IMG/VR virus record: IMGVR_UViG_3300047550_001473
Span: 1-37,156 of that record
From: a virus
Lineage: Duplodnaviria > Caudoviricetes
Direction: 5' to 3' (one strand)
Length of the DNA: 37,156 nt
In this document: positions 25,955 through 34,822 of the stretch, in pieces
How the letters are laid out: every line of letters starts with the position of its first letter
Position numbering within the stretch: position 1 is the stretch's first letter
Notes under the pieces: model-generated
What the model saw: only the letters and a program-made list of their open reading frames with translations
Databases searched by the model: none
Told to the model about the DNA's origin: nothing
Translations under genes and position numbers: made by a program

Positions 25955-27541
25955 ATGCCAGATAGAGAATACGGCGGCGGTTCATATAATTCAGGCTACG
26001 GAAGCGCACGAGACAACTCGCGTGACTATAACCCGCGCGCCGGTGACACTCCTGGATTTGGTACAGGTGGTGGCGGTTCAGTTGGCGGCGGTGGCGGATA
26101 CGGTTCAGTAGGAGGCCTACTCGCGGGTGGCGGTGGCGGAGGAAGAGATGCCTCTATCATGGCTACAGAAGCAGCTAACAGGGCCGCAGGTGCCGCTCGC
26201 GCGCAGGCAGCAGCACAGCAAGCCTTTATCGCTTCACAGCCTGCCACTGGTCCTGCAACGCGTGGCGGTCCTGCTGTAGTCGCAGCTCAGATCGCTGCGC
26301 GCAATGCGTTGATCAATAACTTTGTGCGGAACACGGCTATCGCAGAGTCAGGCGGTGTTGCGAGCGCGAAGAACCCGCTCTCGTCAGCAACAGGGTTGCA
26401 CCAGTTTACCAAGGGCACTTGGATGAACATGGTCGAAAAGTATCGCCCTGACCTGTTAGAAGGTCGCACGCGCAATGACGTGTTAGCGTTACGGACAGAC
26501 CCAGACCTGTCAACCGAGATGGCAGGCAATCTCGCACGAGAGAATGCTGCATATCTTGAGGATCGCGGTCTCCCAGTAAACGAAGGATCGCTATATCTCT
26601 CACACTTCCTCGGTGCTGGTGCGGCAGCAGATGTGCTGAGAGCTGCGCCTGATACGCCGATCAGCAATCTCGTTGGCGAGGACGCGATCAAAGCGAATCA
26701 GAGTGTTCTCGGCGGGGACCGCACAGCAGCAGATGTGGCTCAGTGGGCCTCTAATCGGATATACGCAAGCGCACCGGCGCAAGGTGCAGCACAGGCATCA
26801 GGCGCACCGAGCATTCGGTATGGCTATAAGCCCGGCGAAGGGCAATTCAGAACGCCTGAAGCAGAAGCAGCGCCACAGCAAGGCGGTATCGGTGGGCTTT
26901 TAGGCGGTCTCTTTGGAGGTCAAGAGGCAACTAATCGCCGCATCGCTGAACTTGAAGCAGCTGGTATGACTTCAACATATCCAGATCAGAGTGCCGCTTA
27001 TGCAAAACAGGCATACGCAGATCAGTTCGCCGGTGGCGATGTCAGCAAGGTGCGTTCGCGCATCACTGATTTCGGTCAGGGTCCAGTGGTTGACTATTAC
27101 GTTAAGGATTTAGGTGACGTAGCAGGTGAAGCCATAGGAGGTCTGTTTGGTGGTATTGGCAATCTCTTCAAGGGAGGAGAAAAACCAGTCCGTGGTCCGA
27201 ATGAAGCCTACGGCGCTCCTGTCGCAACTGGCAGTATTTTCGGAAATCTTTTCAGTGGTACTCCTCGTGCTGATTATGGCCCTTACGGGAATCTCACAGC
27301 CGAACAGTATCGCCAGCAATATGGTGGAGGCGGTAGCGCGCAACCTCAAACTGTTGCGGCAGTAACACCAGCAGCAGCGACACCATCATCCGCCGCTCTT
27401 GCACAGATACCAACACCAGAAGAATTGGCGAGAAATCCATATCTCTGGCAGCAATACTATAACCGCATCCCGCAAAACTATGGTATCCAAATGGCTCAAG
27501 CACCGCTTGTTGGTCCTGCGATACGCGGCATATTCTCTTAG
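25955..27541 (+). CDS. Ejection protein with lytic transglycosylase domain
   Basis: AESGG...AKNP.SSATGL.QF..GTW, LYLSHFLG.G.A. Confidence 0.82.
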   Translation: MPDREYGGGSYNSGYGSARDNSRDYNPRAGDTPGFGTGGGGSVGGGGGYGSVGGLLAGGGGGGRDASIMATEAANRAAGAARAQAAAQQAFIASQPATGPATRGGPAVVAAQIAARNALINNFVRNTAIAESGGVASAKNPLSSATGLHQFTKGTWMNMVEKYRPDLLEGRTRNDVLALRTDPDLSTEMAGNLARENAAYLEDRGLPVNEGSLYLSHFLGAGAAADVLRAAPDTPISNLVGEDAIKANQSVLGGDRTAADVAQWASNRIYASAPAQGAAQASGAPSIRYGYKPGEGQFRTPEAEAAPQQGGIGGLLGGLFGGQEATNRRIAELEAAGMTSTYPDQSAAYAKQAYADQFAGGDVSKVRSRITDFGQGPVVDYYVKDLGDVAGEAIGGLFGGIGNLFKGGEKPVRGPNEAYGAPVATGSIFGNLFSGTPRADYGPYGNLTAEQYRQQYGGGGSAQPQTVAAVTPAAATPSSAALAQIPTPEELARNPYLWQQYYNRIPQNYGIQMAQAPLVGPAIRGIFS

Positions 27542-27550
27542 GAGCGCATA

Positions 27551-29107
27551 ATGGCTAACGGTCTTCTCAGCGATTGGATGTCAGGCACAGGTGTATATGG
27601 CAACCCAAATGCGATCGATCCGCAGACAGGTGTTCCTTATGCCGATACCCGTGCAGCGCAGCTCGGTGCTCTTGGCAATATCGGGTCACTTCTGATCGCT
27701 GCCGGTCAGCCTATGACTGGTGCTCAACGCGCACAGCTTCTCGGTCAGATCGGTCCTCAGATCTCCGGTATGCAAACCGACATCTATAACGCTGCACAGC
27801 GTCGCTTGATGCAAGCACAGTTTGCGGATCAGATGGCAGCTCGTAGCGCGCGAACAGCGCTTGCGGAAGAAGCAAAGGCAGACCCTGTAGCGTTCGAGAA
27901 AAAGTATGGCTTTAACCCAGTTGGGTTGCCTGCTGAGTCGATTTCATCTCTTGTGACTAAAGTTGCCGAGACAAATGCGGTTATGGGACCAGAAAGATCT
28001 GCGATTGCAGCGGCTCAAAATGTATTTAAAAATACGCCTACAGTTTCTCCTTCCGCTGCATTAGCAGCAGGGAAAGGGCCAACTGTCGAGGCAGCCGGTA
28101 TGGTTGGTCAGCATACATCTATGTCAAAGTATGACCAGTACATGGCAGCTGGTGAAGCTGCTATGGCACAAGGGACAGATGCTGGCATGAGAGTAGCTAA
28201 TAGTTATTTTGCTATGGCTGAAAAGTTTAAACCTCAAAAAGGTGAAATTTTTGGTTCAGCAGAGGGCGGATACTATCGCGCTATTCCGGGACAAGAACCT
28301 GTTCAAATCGTTGCCGGTAATAAGAAAGAAGTTAAGCCTCAAATCTTTGGCGGCAAAGAAACTGGTTATTACACGCTTGATGATGCTGGCAATGTAAGAT
28401 CTATTCTTCAGCCGCAGACTAAAGGATTTTCACCAGAAACTGCATCTGCTGCTCATACGATTCGTACTGAGTTTCTCGGTCAAGAGCCTGTTAAAACTTT
28501 TGCTACTACGCAGAAGAATGCTTTCGCTCTTAAAGATATTGTTGACCGCGCTAAGTCAGGAGAAGCAGGTGTTGCTACTGGAGCGAATGATATCGCCATT
28601 GTCTACAACTTCTTCAAAACTATTGATCCGACATCAGTAGTTAGAGAAAGTGAATTTGGTTCAGTTGCTCAAAACATGGGTTTACCTGCTAGCGTTGTTT
28701 CTGCATTCCAAAAGGTATCTGGTGGTGGGTTTCTTCCAAACGAAACTCGTGATGAACTTGTAAAAATAGCTAACACTTATTTAGATAAGCAATATCAAGA
28801 CGTTAAAAATTTGAGCGACACGTATAAGGCAATCGCTGAACAAGCTGGAATTGACCCTAAACTTGTAGACATTGATCTTAGATCTCCTCAATTTAAAACA
28901 AGACAGGCGCAAGAAGAGGAAGCAAGATCAGGAATTGCTGCTGCAAAAGAAAAGCAAAATGCAAGCGACCCTGTAATTGCTCAAATCAATAAGATGACAA
29001 TTTCTGATGCTTTGGCAATAAGTGATACGCAACGGCAATCATGGAATGACGCTCAAAAAAGAGCGTTTCTTGATCGCATTAAGACATTGAATGCTGGAGT
29101 TCAATAA
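27551..29107 (+). CDS. Ejection/internal virion protein
   Basis: Long Ala/Gln-rich ORF; F.K.IDP.SVVRE.EF motif. Confidence 0.7.
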   Translation: MANGLLSDWMSGTGVYGNPNAIDPQTGVPYADTRAAQLGALGNIGSLLIAAGQPMTGAQRAQLLGQIGPQISGMQTDIYNAAQRRLMQAQFADQMAARSARTALAEEAKADPVAFEKKYGFNPVGLPAESISSLVTKVAETNAVMGPERSAIAAAQNVFKNTPTVSPSAALAAGKGPTVEAAGMVGQHTSMSKYDQYMAAGEAAMAQGTDAGMRVANSYFAMAEKFKPQKGEIFGSAEGGYYRAIPGQEPVQIVAGNKKEVKPQIFGGKETGYYTLDDAGNVRSILQPQTKGFSPETASAAHTIRTEFLGQEPVKTFATTQKNAFALKDIVDRAKSGEAGVATGANDIAIVYNFFKTIDPTSVVRESEFGSVAQNMGLPASVVSAFQKVSGGGFLPNETRDELVKIANTYLDKQYQDVKNLSDTYKAIAEQAGIDPKLVDIDLRSPQFKTRQAQEEEARSGIAAAKEKQNASDPVIAQINKMTISDALAISDTQRQSWNDAQKRAFLDRIKTLNAGVQ

Positions 29108-30861
29108 TGGCTAATTCTGATTTGCTCGCAAAGTCTAAAGGTTCTGATTTAGATAAGGCTATTCTTCTTGAGCAATTCAAGATGAAGCAAAATACTGAAC
29201 AACCATCATATGGTGATCAGTTGTTGCGGCAACTTGGTCTGACAGCGAGAGTTGCTGGTCCAACACTTGCTGGTGCTACGGCTGGCGCTGCGATTGGTGC
29301 ACCGTTTGCCGGTGTTGGCGCTATTCCCGGAGCTATTGCTGGAGCTGCCGCTGCTAACTTAGCTCAACCTGTGGCAGACATTCTTACTGCTGGATATAAC
29401 TATGCGACAGGAAGACAGGCTGCTCTTCCATCTCAAGGTATCCAAAATGTAATGACTGCGGCTGGGTTACCAGTTCCTGCAACACCTACAGAGCGTGTGA
29501 TGCAAAGTGCTTCTGGAGCCTTGATAGACGCAGCTACAGGGGCTGGCGCTGCAAAACAGGCCGTTAAAACTCTTGCTCCTCTTGGTCCTCAGACAACAAC
29601 TCAACGTGTTCTTGGAACTCTTTCAGAGCAACCCGGAACACAAATGGCTGCATCTGCTACATCTGGTGGCGTATCGCAAACAGCGAGAGAAATGGGAGCA
29701 TCAGAAGCTGTTTCATTGCCACTTGGGTTAATTGGCGGTGTACCGTTCGCTGTAAGTGGAAGAAACCTTATTCCTAAAATTGCATCAGCAGAACGTGATA
29801 CGCATTTGAAAGCAATGCAGGATATTGGAGTTCCCACAACTCCTGCTCAGGAAACAGGAAACCCATTTGCTCAAGTAATGGAATCTGTGTTTAAGTATCT
29901 TCCTACGTCAGCTCCAAAGGTTGCATCGATTGAAGATGCACAGCAACGCATGTTTACTCGTGCTCTTATGAAAGAGGCTGGCGTAGAAAGCGATATCGCA
30001 ACTCCTGAAGTTTTGCGTAATGCTCGCAAGTCAATCGGAAAAGAATACGATGCTCTTGAAGCTCAAACACAAATCAAGAGTGATGGACAACTGTTTTCTG
30101 ACATTAACGCAATAGATCAGAACTATGCTTCTGGTTTTACAAGTCAAATGAAGGCACCATACAAAGCATTTCGAGATGAGATATTAGATTTCGTTCAAGG
30201 AAAGCAAGTGGGTCCACAGAAGCAAAAAACAAAAGGCGGTAAATCCTATAAGGACATGCAATCATCTCTTGCTGAAGAAATTGCAAAAGCAAACCGCAGC
30301 GATGCTCCGGGATCAAATAGATATGCTGAAGCTATCCAAGGTTTATCAGATTCCCTTGCATCGGCTATGGAAAGATCAACAACTAATCCTGAGCTTAGAG
30401 CTGTTTGGCAAGACACAAATCGTCGCTACGCAAATCTAATGCGCGTTGAAGATGCGATGAGCATGGCTGGTCAAGAAAAACTAAACACAGGTTTTATTCC
30501 GCCACAGCAAATCGCAACAGTTGTGCGTACTCGCAATCCTCGTGATTGGGTTGAGGGCGGCAATAAATTCACTGAGTTGGTTCGTTCAGGTGCGGCAACA
30601 TTGCCAAATCCAACCCCACGTAGTGGTACCCCTGAACGTAATTTTGCGCAGGATTTGGTTACCGGTGGATTGCTTAAGTCGCCACTATTCCTCGGCGGAA
30701 CTGCTGCTCAAGGTTTAGGTACAGCAGTGCTTGGCCCTGCGGCTGCTCTTGGCGGTCCTTATGCTGCGTCACGTTTGTATTACAAACCACGCGTAGAAAC
30801 ACCAATGCAAGGCCTTCTTGCATCAGAGGTTATTAGAGCTGCGACTGAAGAAAAACGCTGA
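29107..30861 (+). CDS. Ejection/internal virion protein
   Basis: Gly/Ala-rich hydrophobic N-terminal region; last structural gene. Confidence 0.7.
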   Translation: MANSDLLAKSKGSDLDKAILLEQFKMKQNTEQPSYGDQLLRQLGLTARVAGPTLAGATAGAAIGAPFAGVGAIPGAIAGAAAANLAQPVADILTAGYNYATGRQAALPSQGIQNVMTAAGLPVPATPTERVMQSASGALIDAATGAGAAKQAVKTLAPLGPQTTTQRVLGTLSEQPGTQMAASATSGGVSQTAREMGASEAVSLPLGLIGGVPFAVSGRNLIPKIASAERDTHLKAMQDIGVPTTPAQETGNPFAQVMESVFKYLPTSAPKVASIEDAQQRMFTRALMKEAGVESDIATPEVLRNARKSIGKEYDALEAQTQIKSDGQLFSDINAIDQNYASGFTSQMKAPYKAFRDEILDFVQGKQVGPQKQKTKGGKSYKDMQSSLAEEIAKANRSDAPGSNRYAEAIQGLSDSLASAMERSTTNPELRAVWQDTNRRYANLMRVEDAMSMAGQEKLNTGFIPPQQIATVVRTRNPRDWVEGGNKFTELVRSGAATLPNPTPRSGTPERNFAQDLVTGGLLKSPLFLGGTAAQGLGTAVLGPAAALGGPYAASRLYYKPRVETPMQGLLASEVIRAATEEKR

Positions 30862-31350
30862 TTGGTAAAGCAGGCATACGATATCCTCGACATCGCTCGG
30901 TTCTACTCGAAGGTTGATGTGGGGAAGAAGCACGAGTGCTGGCTCGTGAACGGTGTGCATGTCGATAGATTTGGGTATGGCTGCTTTACTCTTTCAGGTG
31001 TGAATGTAAGAGCACATCGTTTCTCGTATCAGGTATTCAATGGCGAGATAGGTGACGGGCTAGTCGTGCGGCACAAGTGCGATACTCCGCTGTGCGTAAA
31101 CCCGTATCACCTTGAGACTGGCACTGTCGCTGACAACGTCATGGATCGAGTGGTTCGCGGCCGTTCAGCGGTCGGTGAGCGCAACGGCAAAGCAAAGCTG
31201 ACAGCCGAATTAGCGAAAAAGATTTTCAACGATAAGAGACCATACCCGCTAATCTGTGCTGAGTATGGGTTAAACAAGTCCACCGTATCTCAGTTAAAGG
31301 TCGGTAAGACGTGGTCTCACGTGACCGGTAAGAAGTACATCAAGCGCTGA
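30862..31350 (+). CDS. HNH homing endonuclease
   Basis: RF.SKV...CW, RAHRFSY, VRHKCD.P.CVNP.HL..GT..DN. Confidence 0.9.
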   Translation: MVKQAYDILDIARFYSKVDVGKKHECWLVNGVHVDRFGYGCFTLSGVNVRAHRFSYQVFNGEIGDGLVVRHKCDTPLCVNPYHLETGTVADNVMDRVVRGRSAVGERNGKAKLTAELAKKIFNDKRPYPLICAEYGLNKSTVSQLKVGKTWSHVTGKKYIKR

Positions 31351-31354
31351 TTTA

Positions 31355-31363
31355 TGCTATAAT
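31355..31363 (+). promoter_or_regulatory. Extended -10 promoter (TGcTATAAT)
   Basis: Perfect TGnTATAAT just after the HNH stop. Confidence 0.7.
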
Positions 31364-31369
31364 CTCAAT

Positions 31370-31451
31370 GCGTTGAGCTTGCTCCGCGCTGCTCTTCCTC
31401 CCTGGAGCAGCGGCCCCTGCGTCTCCCATCAGGCGTGGGGGCCATTTTTTT
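31370..31451 (+). ncRNA. Candidate ~80-nt two-hairpin sRNA with C/U-rich loops
   Basis: Promoter at 31355-63; hairpin 31387-31412 (loop UCCUCCCU); hairpin 31412-31443 (loop CCCAUC, three G-U pairs); U7 tail. Confidence 0.6.
31412..31451 (+). terminator. Intrinsic terminator
   Basis: 13-bp GC-rich stem followed by a-TTTTTTT. Confidence 0.8.
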
Positions 31452-31455
31452 AGAG

Positions 31456-31464
31456 TTATCCACA
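31456..31464 (+). promoter_or_regulatory. Perfect DnaA box (TTATCCACA)
   Basis: Exact R-box consensus upstream of the replication-operon promoter. Confidence 0.55.
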
Positions 31465-31481
31465 GGATTGTTAGACAGGTG

Positions 31482-31509
31482 TTGCATATAAAAAAATATA
31501 TGATACGGT
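31482..31509 (+). promoter_or_regulatory. Putative promoter of replication operon (TTGCAT-N16-TACGGT with TG extension)
   Basis: AT-rich spacer; TGaTACGGT. Confidence 0.45.
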
Positions 31510-31554
31510 CTCCAAATCAGCGATGGGGCTGAGTAACACGGAGACACGGAAACT

Positions 31555-31668
31555 ATGTCAGAGCCAGATCCGCGCGTCGTAAGATTTCTGATAAATTTAC
31601 TTGCGATGTGCCTATTCTCGATTATCGTATTCGGTCTAGCTTATATCGTAGATGGGTATGTGCAATGA
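31555..31668 (+). CDS. 37-aa single-TM peptide (MSEPDPRVVRFLINLLAMCLFSIIVFGLAYIVDGYVQ), absent from the ORF track
   Basis: GGAG/ACACGGA leader; ATGA overlap with next gene. Confidence 0.7.
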   Translation: MSEPDPRVVRFLINLLAMCLFSIIVFGLAYIVDGYVQ

Positions 31669-32135
31669 CCAGCGTTGATTGGAGATCGCATTACAAAGAC
31701 GTGCGACTGAGACTTCGTGCTGCACCGCAGCATAACCTTGTCAGAGCACAACTAAGGGAGCCACCTGCACCACAGCCTGAGCCAGAGCCTGTACAGGAAG
31801 AGGTACAAGTCGAAGAAGGACCGGCACCGCTTCCGCCTGTGCTCGCAAAGCAGTTTAGCGAAGCACATCAGCTTCTCCGCGCGGCTAAGATCACGGTCGT
31901 ACCACGGTGGAAGGAAATTCTGAGGGAGACATGCGCAAAGCACAAGATTCACCCAGAGGCGGTTACTGGCAACTCGCGCGAAGCGCCTTTGGTAAAGTGT
32001 CGCCGCGAAGTTTATTACCGTCTGCGGACAGAATTAGGGATGAGTTTGAGTCAGATCGGTCTCAAGCTGAACAAGGATCACACGAGCGTACTCTACGGTG
32101 TGAGGGAATACGCAAAAGCACTAGGGAAAGAATGA
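31665..32135 (+). CDS. DnaA C-terminal (domain IV)-like HTH protein
   Basis: G.SR...LV.CR....Y.LR...GMSL.QIG..LNKDHTSVLYG. Confidence 0.85.
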   Translation: MTSVDWRSHYKDVRLRLRAAPQHNLVRAQLREPPAPQPEPEPVQEEVQVEEGPAPLPPVLAKQFSEAHQLLRAAKITVVPRWKEILRETCAKHKIHPEAVTGNSREAPLVKCRREVYYRLRTELGMSLSQIGLKLNKDHTSVLYGVREYAKALGKE

Positions 32136-32491
32136 TGGACCACAGAGATGTACTTAAAGAAGCACAGTCGATTTTATCGCAACGAACAAACAACTATGGC
32201 GAAGCGCAATATAGCTTTGCTCGTGCGGCAACACTGATGAGCGTTCTCTCAGGCAAGAGCTATTCGGCATACGATATGTCGTTGGCGATGCTTGCGATCA
32301 AACTATCACGTCTTGCGAATAGTCCAGATCACCATGACTCATGGGTAGATGGGATTAACTACATGGCATTCTGTGCAGAGTTCCAAGGAAGGGACGCACC
32401 AGATGCTGTGCTAGATCTTTCACTAAAGCGCGTACAGTCTAACTTAAACGAAGCAATCAGGGGAGATGGAAATGGTGGAAGTAAGACCTGA
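32132..32491 (+). CDS. DUF6378-like phage protein
   Basis: L.EA..I..QR...YG....F, M...KL.R......H.DSWVD..NY. Confidence 0.75.
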   Translation: MMDHRDVLKEAQSILSQRTNNYGEAQYSFARAATLMSVLSGKSYSAYDMSLAMLAIKLSRLANSPDHHDSWVDGINYMAFCAEFQGRDAPDAVLDLSLKRVQSNLNEAIRGDGNGGSKT

Positions 32492-32675
32492 CGGACCAAA
32501 CGAATACGTGATCCTAAGAGATCATTCTGTCGCTGGATGGGTGCATCTGGCAAGCGATAAGAAATATCGTGCGCTGACAGTTGACGGTCATCTCACACAT
32601 CATTGGACACTCACATCAGCACTCTCAGCAGTAGCGGATGACGCAGAGGACATCGAAGTACATGCGACTCGATAA
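32466..32675 (+). CDS. Hypothetical protein
   Basis: GGGGAG RBS; in operon. Confidence 0.6.
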   Translation: MEMVEVRPDGPNEYVILRDHSVAGWVHLASDKKYRALTVDGHLTHHWTLTSALSAVADDAEDIEVHATR

Positions 32676-33456
32676 TGTACCAGCATCAGAGTATCACTCA
32701 TGGGATGCACTCTCAGCTTCAGGCGCAAAGCAGTTACTGAGATCACCGGCACATTATCTCGCATCAAAAGAGATTCAGCGTGAGCCAACACCGGCAATGA
32801 AATTCGGAACACTCGTTCACGCAATGGTGTTAGAGCCAGACACAGTGGACACTGACTTTGCAGCGATGCCGAAAATCGATAAGCGCACCACAGCAGGGAA
32901 ACAACAAGCTGAACTCTTTGCAGTGACAAACGCGGGTAAAGTGATCGTTGATATGGATGACTTCCAGCGTGCGCAGAGAACAGCAGACGCAGTGAGATCA
33001 CATCATCTCTATAACGATCTCTTGAAAGGCGCGAGCGTCGAGCAATCGTTCCGGTGGGATCAACACGGTGTGCCGTGCAAGGCTCGCATGGACGCGATAC
33101 AGGGTGACCTCATAGTGGACCTGAAGACAACGCAAGACGCGTCGCCTGATGGTTTCGCTAAGACGATGGCAGGGCTGAAGTATTACGTGCAGGCTGCCCA
33201 CTATCTCGACGGGTTAGCCCATGTCACTGGCACTGAGCAGCGCAACTTCATCTTCATCGCAGTGGAGACAGAAGCACCGTTCGCCATCGGCATTTACGAA
33301 CTCGACTTCGTGGCGCTCGAAGCTGGTCGCCATAAGATGGCTCTTGCAGCGGAAGCCTATAAAGCAACGAAGAGCGCTGACGCGTGGAAGGGTTACTCGC
33401 CCGACATTGTCACGCTCTCTGTTCCGTCATGGGTGGCAGGTGAAGTAAATGGATGA
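32662..33456 (+). CDS. PD-(D/E)XK exonuclease VIII/RecE-like (DUF3799)
   Basis: YH...LS.S..K.L..SP.HY, FGT.VH...LEP, CKARMD, DLKTT, Y..QAAHY. Confidence 0.88.
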   Translation: MRLDNVPASEYHSWDALSASGAKQLLRSPAHYLASKEIQREPTPAMKFGTLVHAMVLEPDTVDTDFAAMPKIDKRTTAGKQQAELFAVTNAGKVIVDMDDFQRAQRTADAVRSHHLYNDLLKGASVEQSFRWDQHGVPCKARMDAIQGDLIVDLKTTQDASPDGFAKTMAGLKYYVQAAHYLDGLAHVTGTEQRNFIFIAVETEAPFAIGIYELDFVALEAGRHKMALAAEAYKATKSADAWKGYSPDIVTLSVPSWVAGEVNG

Positions 33457-33655
33457 CATCATCGACGAGTTAGAGAGTGTGCGCATCACGGCTGGAATGA
33501 GCACAAGAGAACTGTCATCGCGTGCAGGTCTTACTCCGAGTCATTGGTGGCAGATATCGCGCAAAACCAGATCAGCGAACTTTGACACGCTGATGCGAAT
33601 AGCAAAAGTGCTTGGTTATACTATCGTTGCAATACCAGTGCCGGTGACAGAATGA
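33449..33655 (+). CDS. XRE-family HTH regulator
   Basis: R...GMS.RELS.RAGL, F.TL.RIA.VLG. Confidence 0.8.
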   Translation: MDDIIDELESVRITAGMSTRELSSRAGLTPSHWWQISRKTRSANFDTLMRIAKVLGYTIVAIPVPVTE

Positions 33656-34125
33656 AAATCTGCGGCATCGATCCGGGAGCAAGCGGCGCAATCGCGATAC
33701 TCGATATCGAGAAAGGATATCTGTCAGTGATTGATATGCCGGTGCACGCGGTCGAGCGCAACGGAAAGAAGAAGAACGAAATCTCAGCGCAGATACTAGC
33801 TCGCTATCTCGAAGACGAGAAACCGGATCACGTTTGGATTGAGAAGGTCGGTGCAATGCCGGGGCAAGGTGTCAGCAGTATGTTTCAATTCGGTCGATCT
33901 GTCGGGACAATCGAAGGCATCATTGCTGCATTACGTCTACCCATCTCTTATGTCACGCCGCAGAAATGGCAGAAGGCATCTGGGATGCGTGCAGGCAAAG
34001 ACGGATCACGGCAACGCGCGCAGGAACTCTTCCCAGCTTTTGCCCAACACTTTTCGCGGGTGAAGGACAACGGAAGAAGCGATGCCGCGCTCATCGCGTG
34101 GTACGGCGCAACACAGAATCCCTAA
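33652..34125 (+). CDS. RuvC-like Holliday junction resolvase
   Basis: GIDPG.SGA, IEKV.AMPGQGVSSMF.FG, P.KW, DA.LIA. Confidence 0.88.
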   Translation: MKICGIDPGASGAIAILDIEKGYLSVIDMPVHAVERNGKKKNEISAQILARYLEDEKPDHVWIEKVGAMPGQGVSSMFQFGRSVGTIEGIIAALRLPISYVTPQKWQKASGMRAGKDGSRQRAQELFPAFAQHFSRVKDNGRSDAALIAWYGATQNP

Positions 34126-34195
34126 TGAGAGAGGGAACCACTCTCATCCGCATAAGGTCACGGTCTGACCTATCAGTAACTCTGAAGGAGTAATT

Positions 34196-34735
34196 ATGTT
34201 GAGCTTTCCACAGCAAGCATCAGGTAAACCGTGGGCGCGTCTCGACGCACGCACAGGCATTCTCTTTGTCTCGTCAGCGGATGGTGAAAAGTCTGCCGTA
34301 GACATGAAGGGGAAGGTATTCGGATTAGACATCGCTAACGCGAAGCAGGGCTGGTTGATGGTCGGAGCTGCCGGTGTCGATTGGCAAGAGGTCAACGGTG
34401 CATGGGGCAACCCACCATCGCCAGACCACAAGCCTGGAGTAGATGTGACAATCTACTCGAAGGACGCGTCATTCGGAGACGCTCCATTCCGTAGTGCAAG
34501 AGGGAACTCACGCGCATGGACGCAGTTCGTTGCAGATGTTGCGAAGAAGGCAGGAGCAATCCCTGCCGGTAAACTCGCAACCTTAAAGGTTGATGCCGTG
34601 AAAACGATCAAGGTTGGTCAGGGCACATCTGTGCAGATCGACTTCACTCTTGCACCGAAAGAGAAATGGTTCTCAGCGGAAGAGCAAGAGTCAACTCCCG
34701 CTGCGGCACCAACTCAGGATGACGATGAGTTCTAA
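34196..34735 (+). CDS. Putative single-stranded DNA-binding protein
   Basis: Beta-rich, acidic tail DDDEF, lies before the primase-helicase; AAGGAG RBS. Confidence 0.6.
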   Translation: MLSFPQQASGKPWARLDARTGILFVSSADGEKSAVDMKGKVFGLDIANAKQGWLMVGAAGVDWQEVNGAWGNPPSPDHKPGVDVTIYSKDASFGDAPFRSARGNSRAWTQFVADVAKKAGAIPAGKLATLKVDAVKTIKVGQGTSVQIDFTLAPKEKWFSAEEQESTPAAAPTQDDDEF

Positions 34736-34744
34736 GTAAAAAGA

Positions 34745-34781
34745 AACCCCCGTACCGGCATCCGAAGCCAGTGCGGGGGTT
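34745..34781. promoter_or_regulatory. Stable hairpin in primase-helicase leader (attenuator or reverse terminator)
   Basis: aacccccgtac/gtgcgggggtt stem, preceded by an A-run. Confidence 0.55.
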
Positions 34782-34822
34782 GAAGTCAGGGAGGACACCC
34801 TCTCATTCAAAGGGTAACATCG

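Noticed and set aside
31365-31547. 60-aa minus-strand ORF
   Set aside because: Overlaps the promoter, hairpins and terminator; better explained as non-coding
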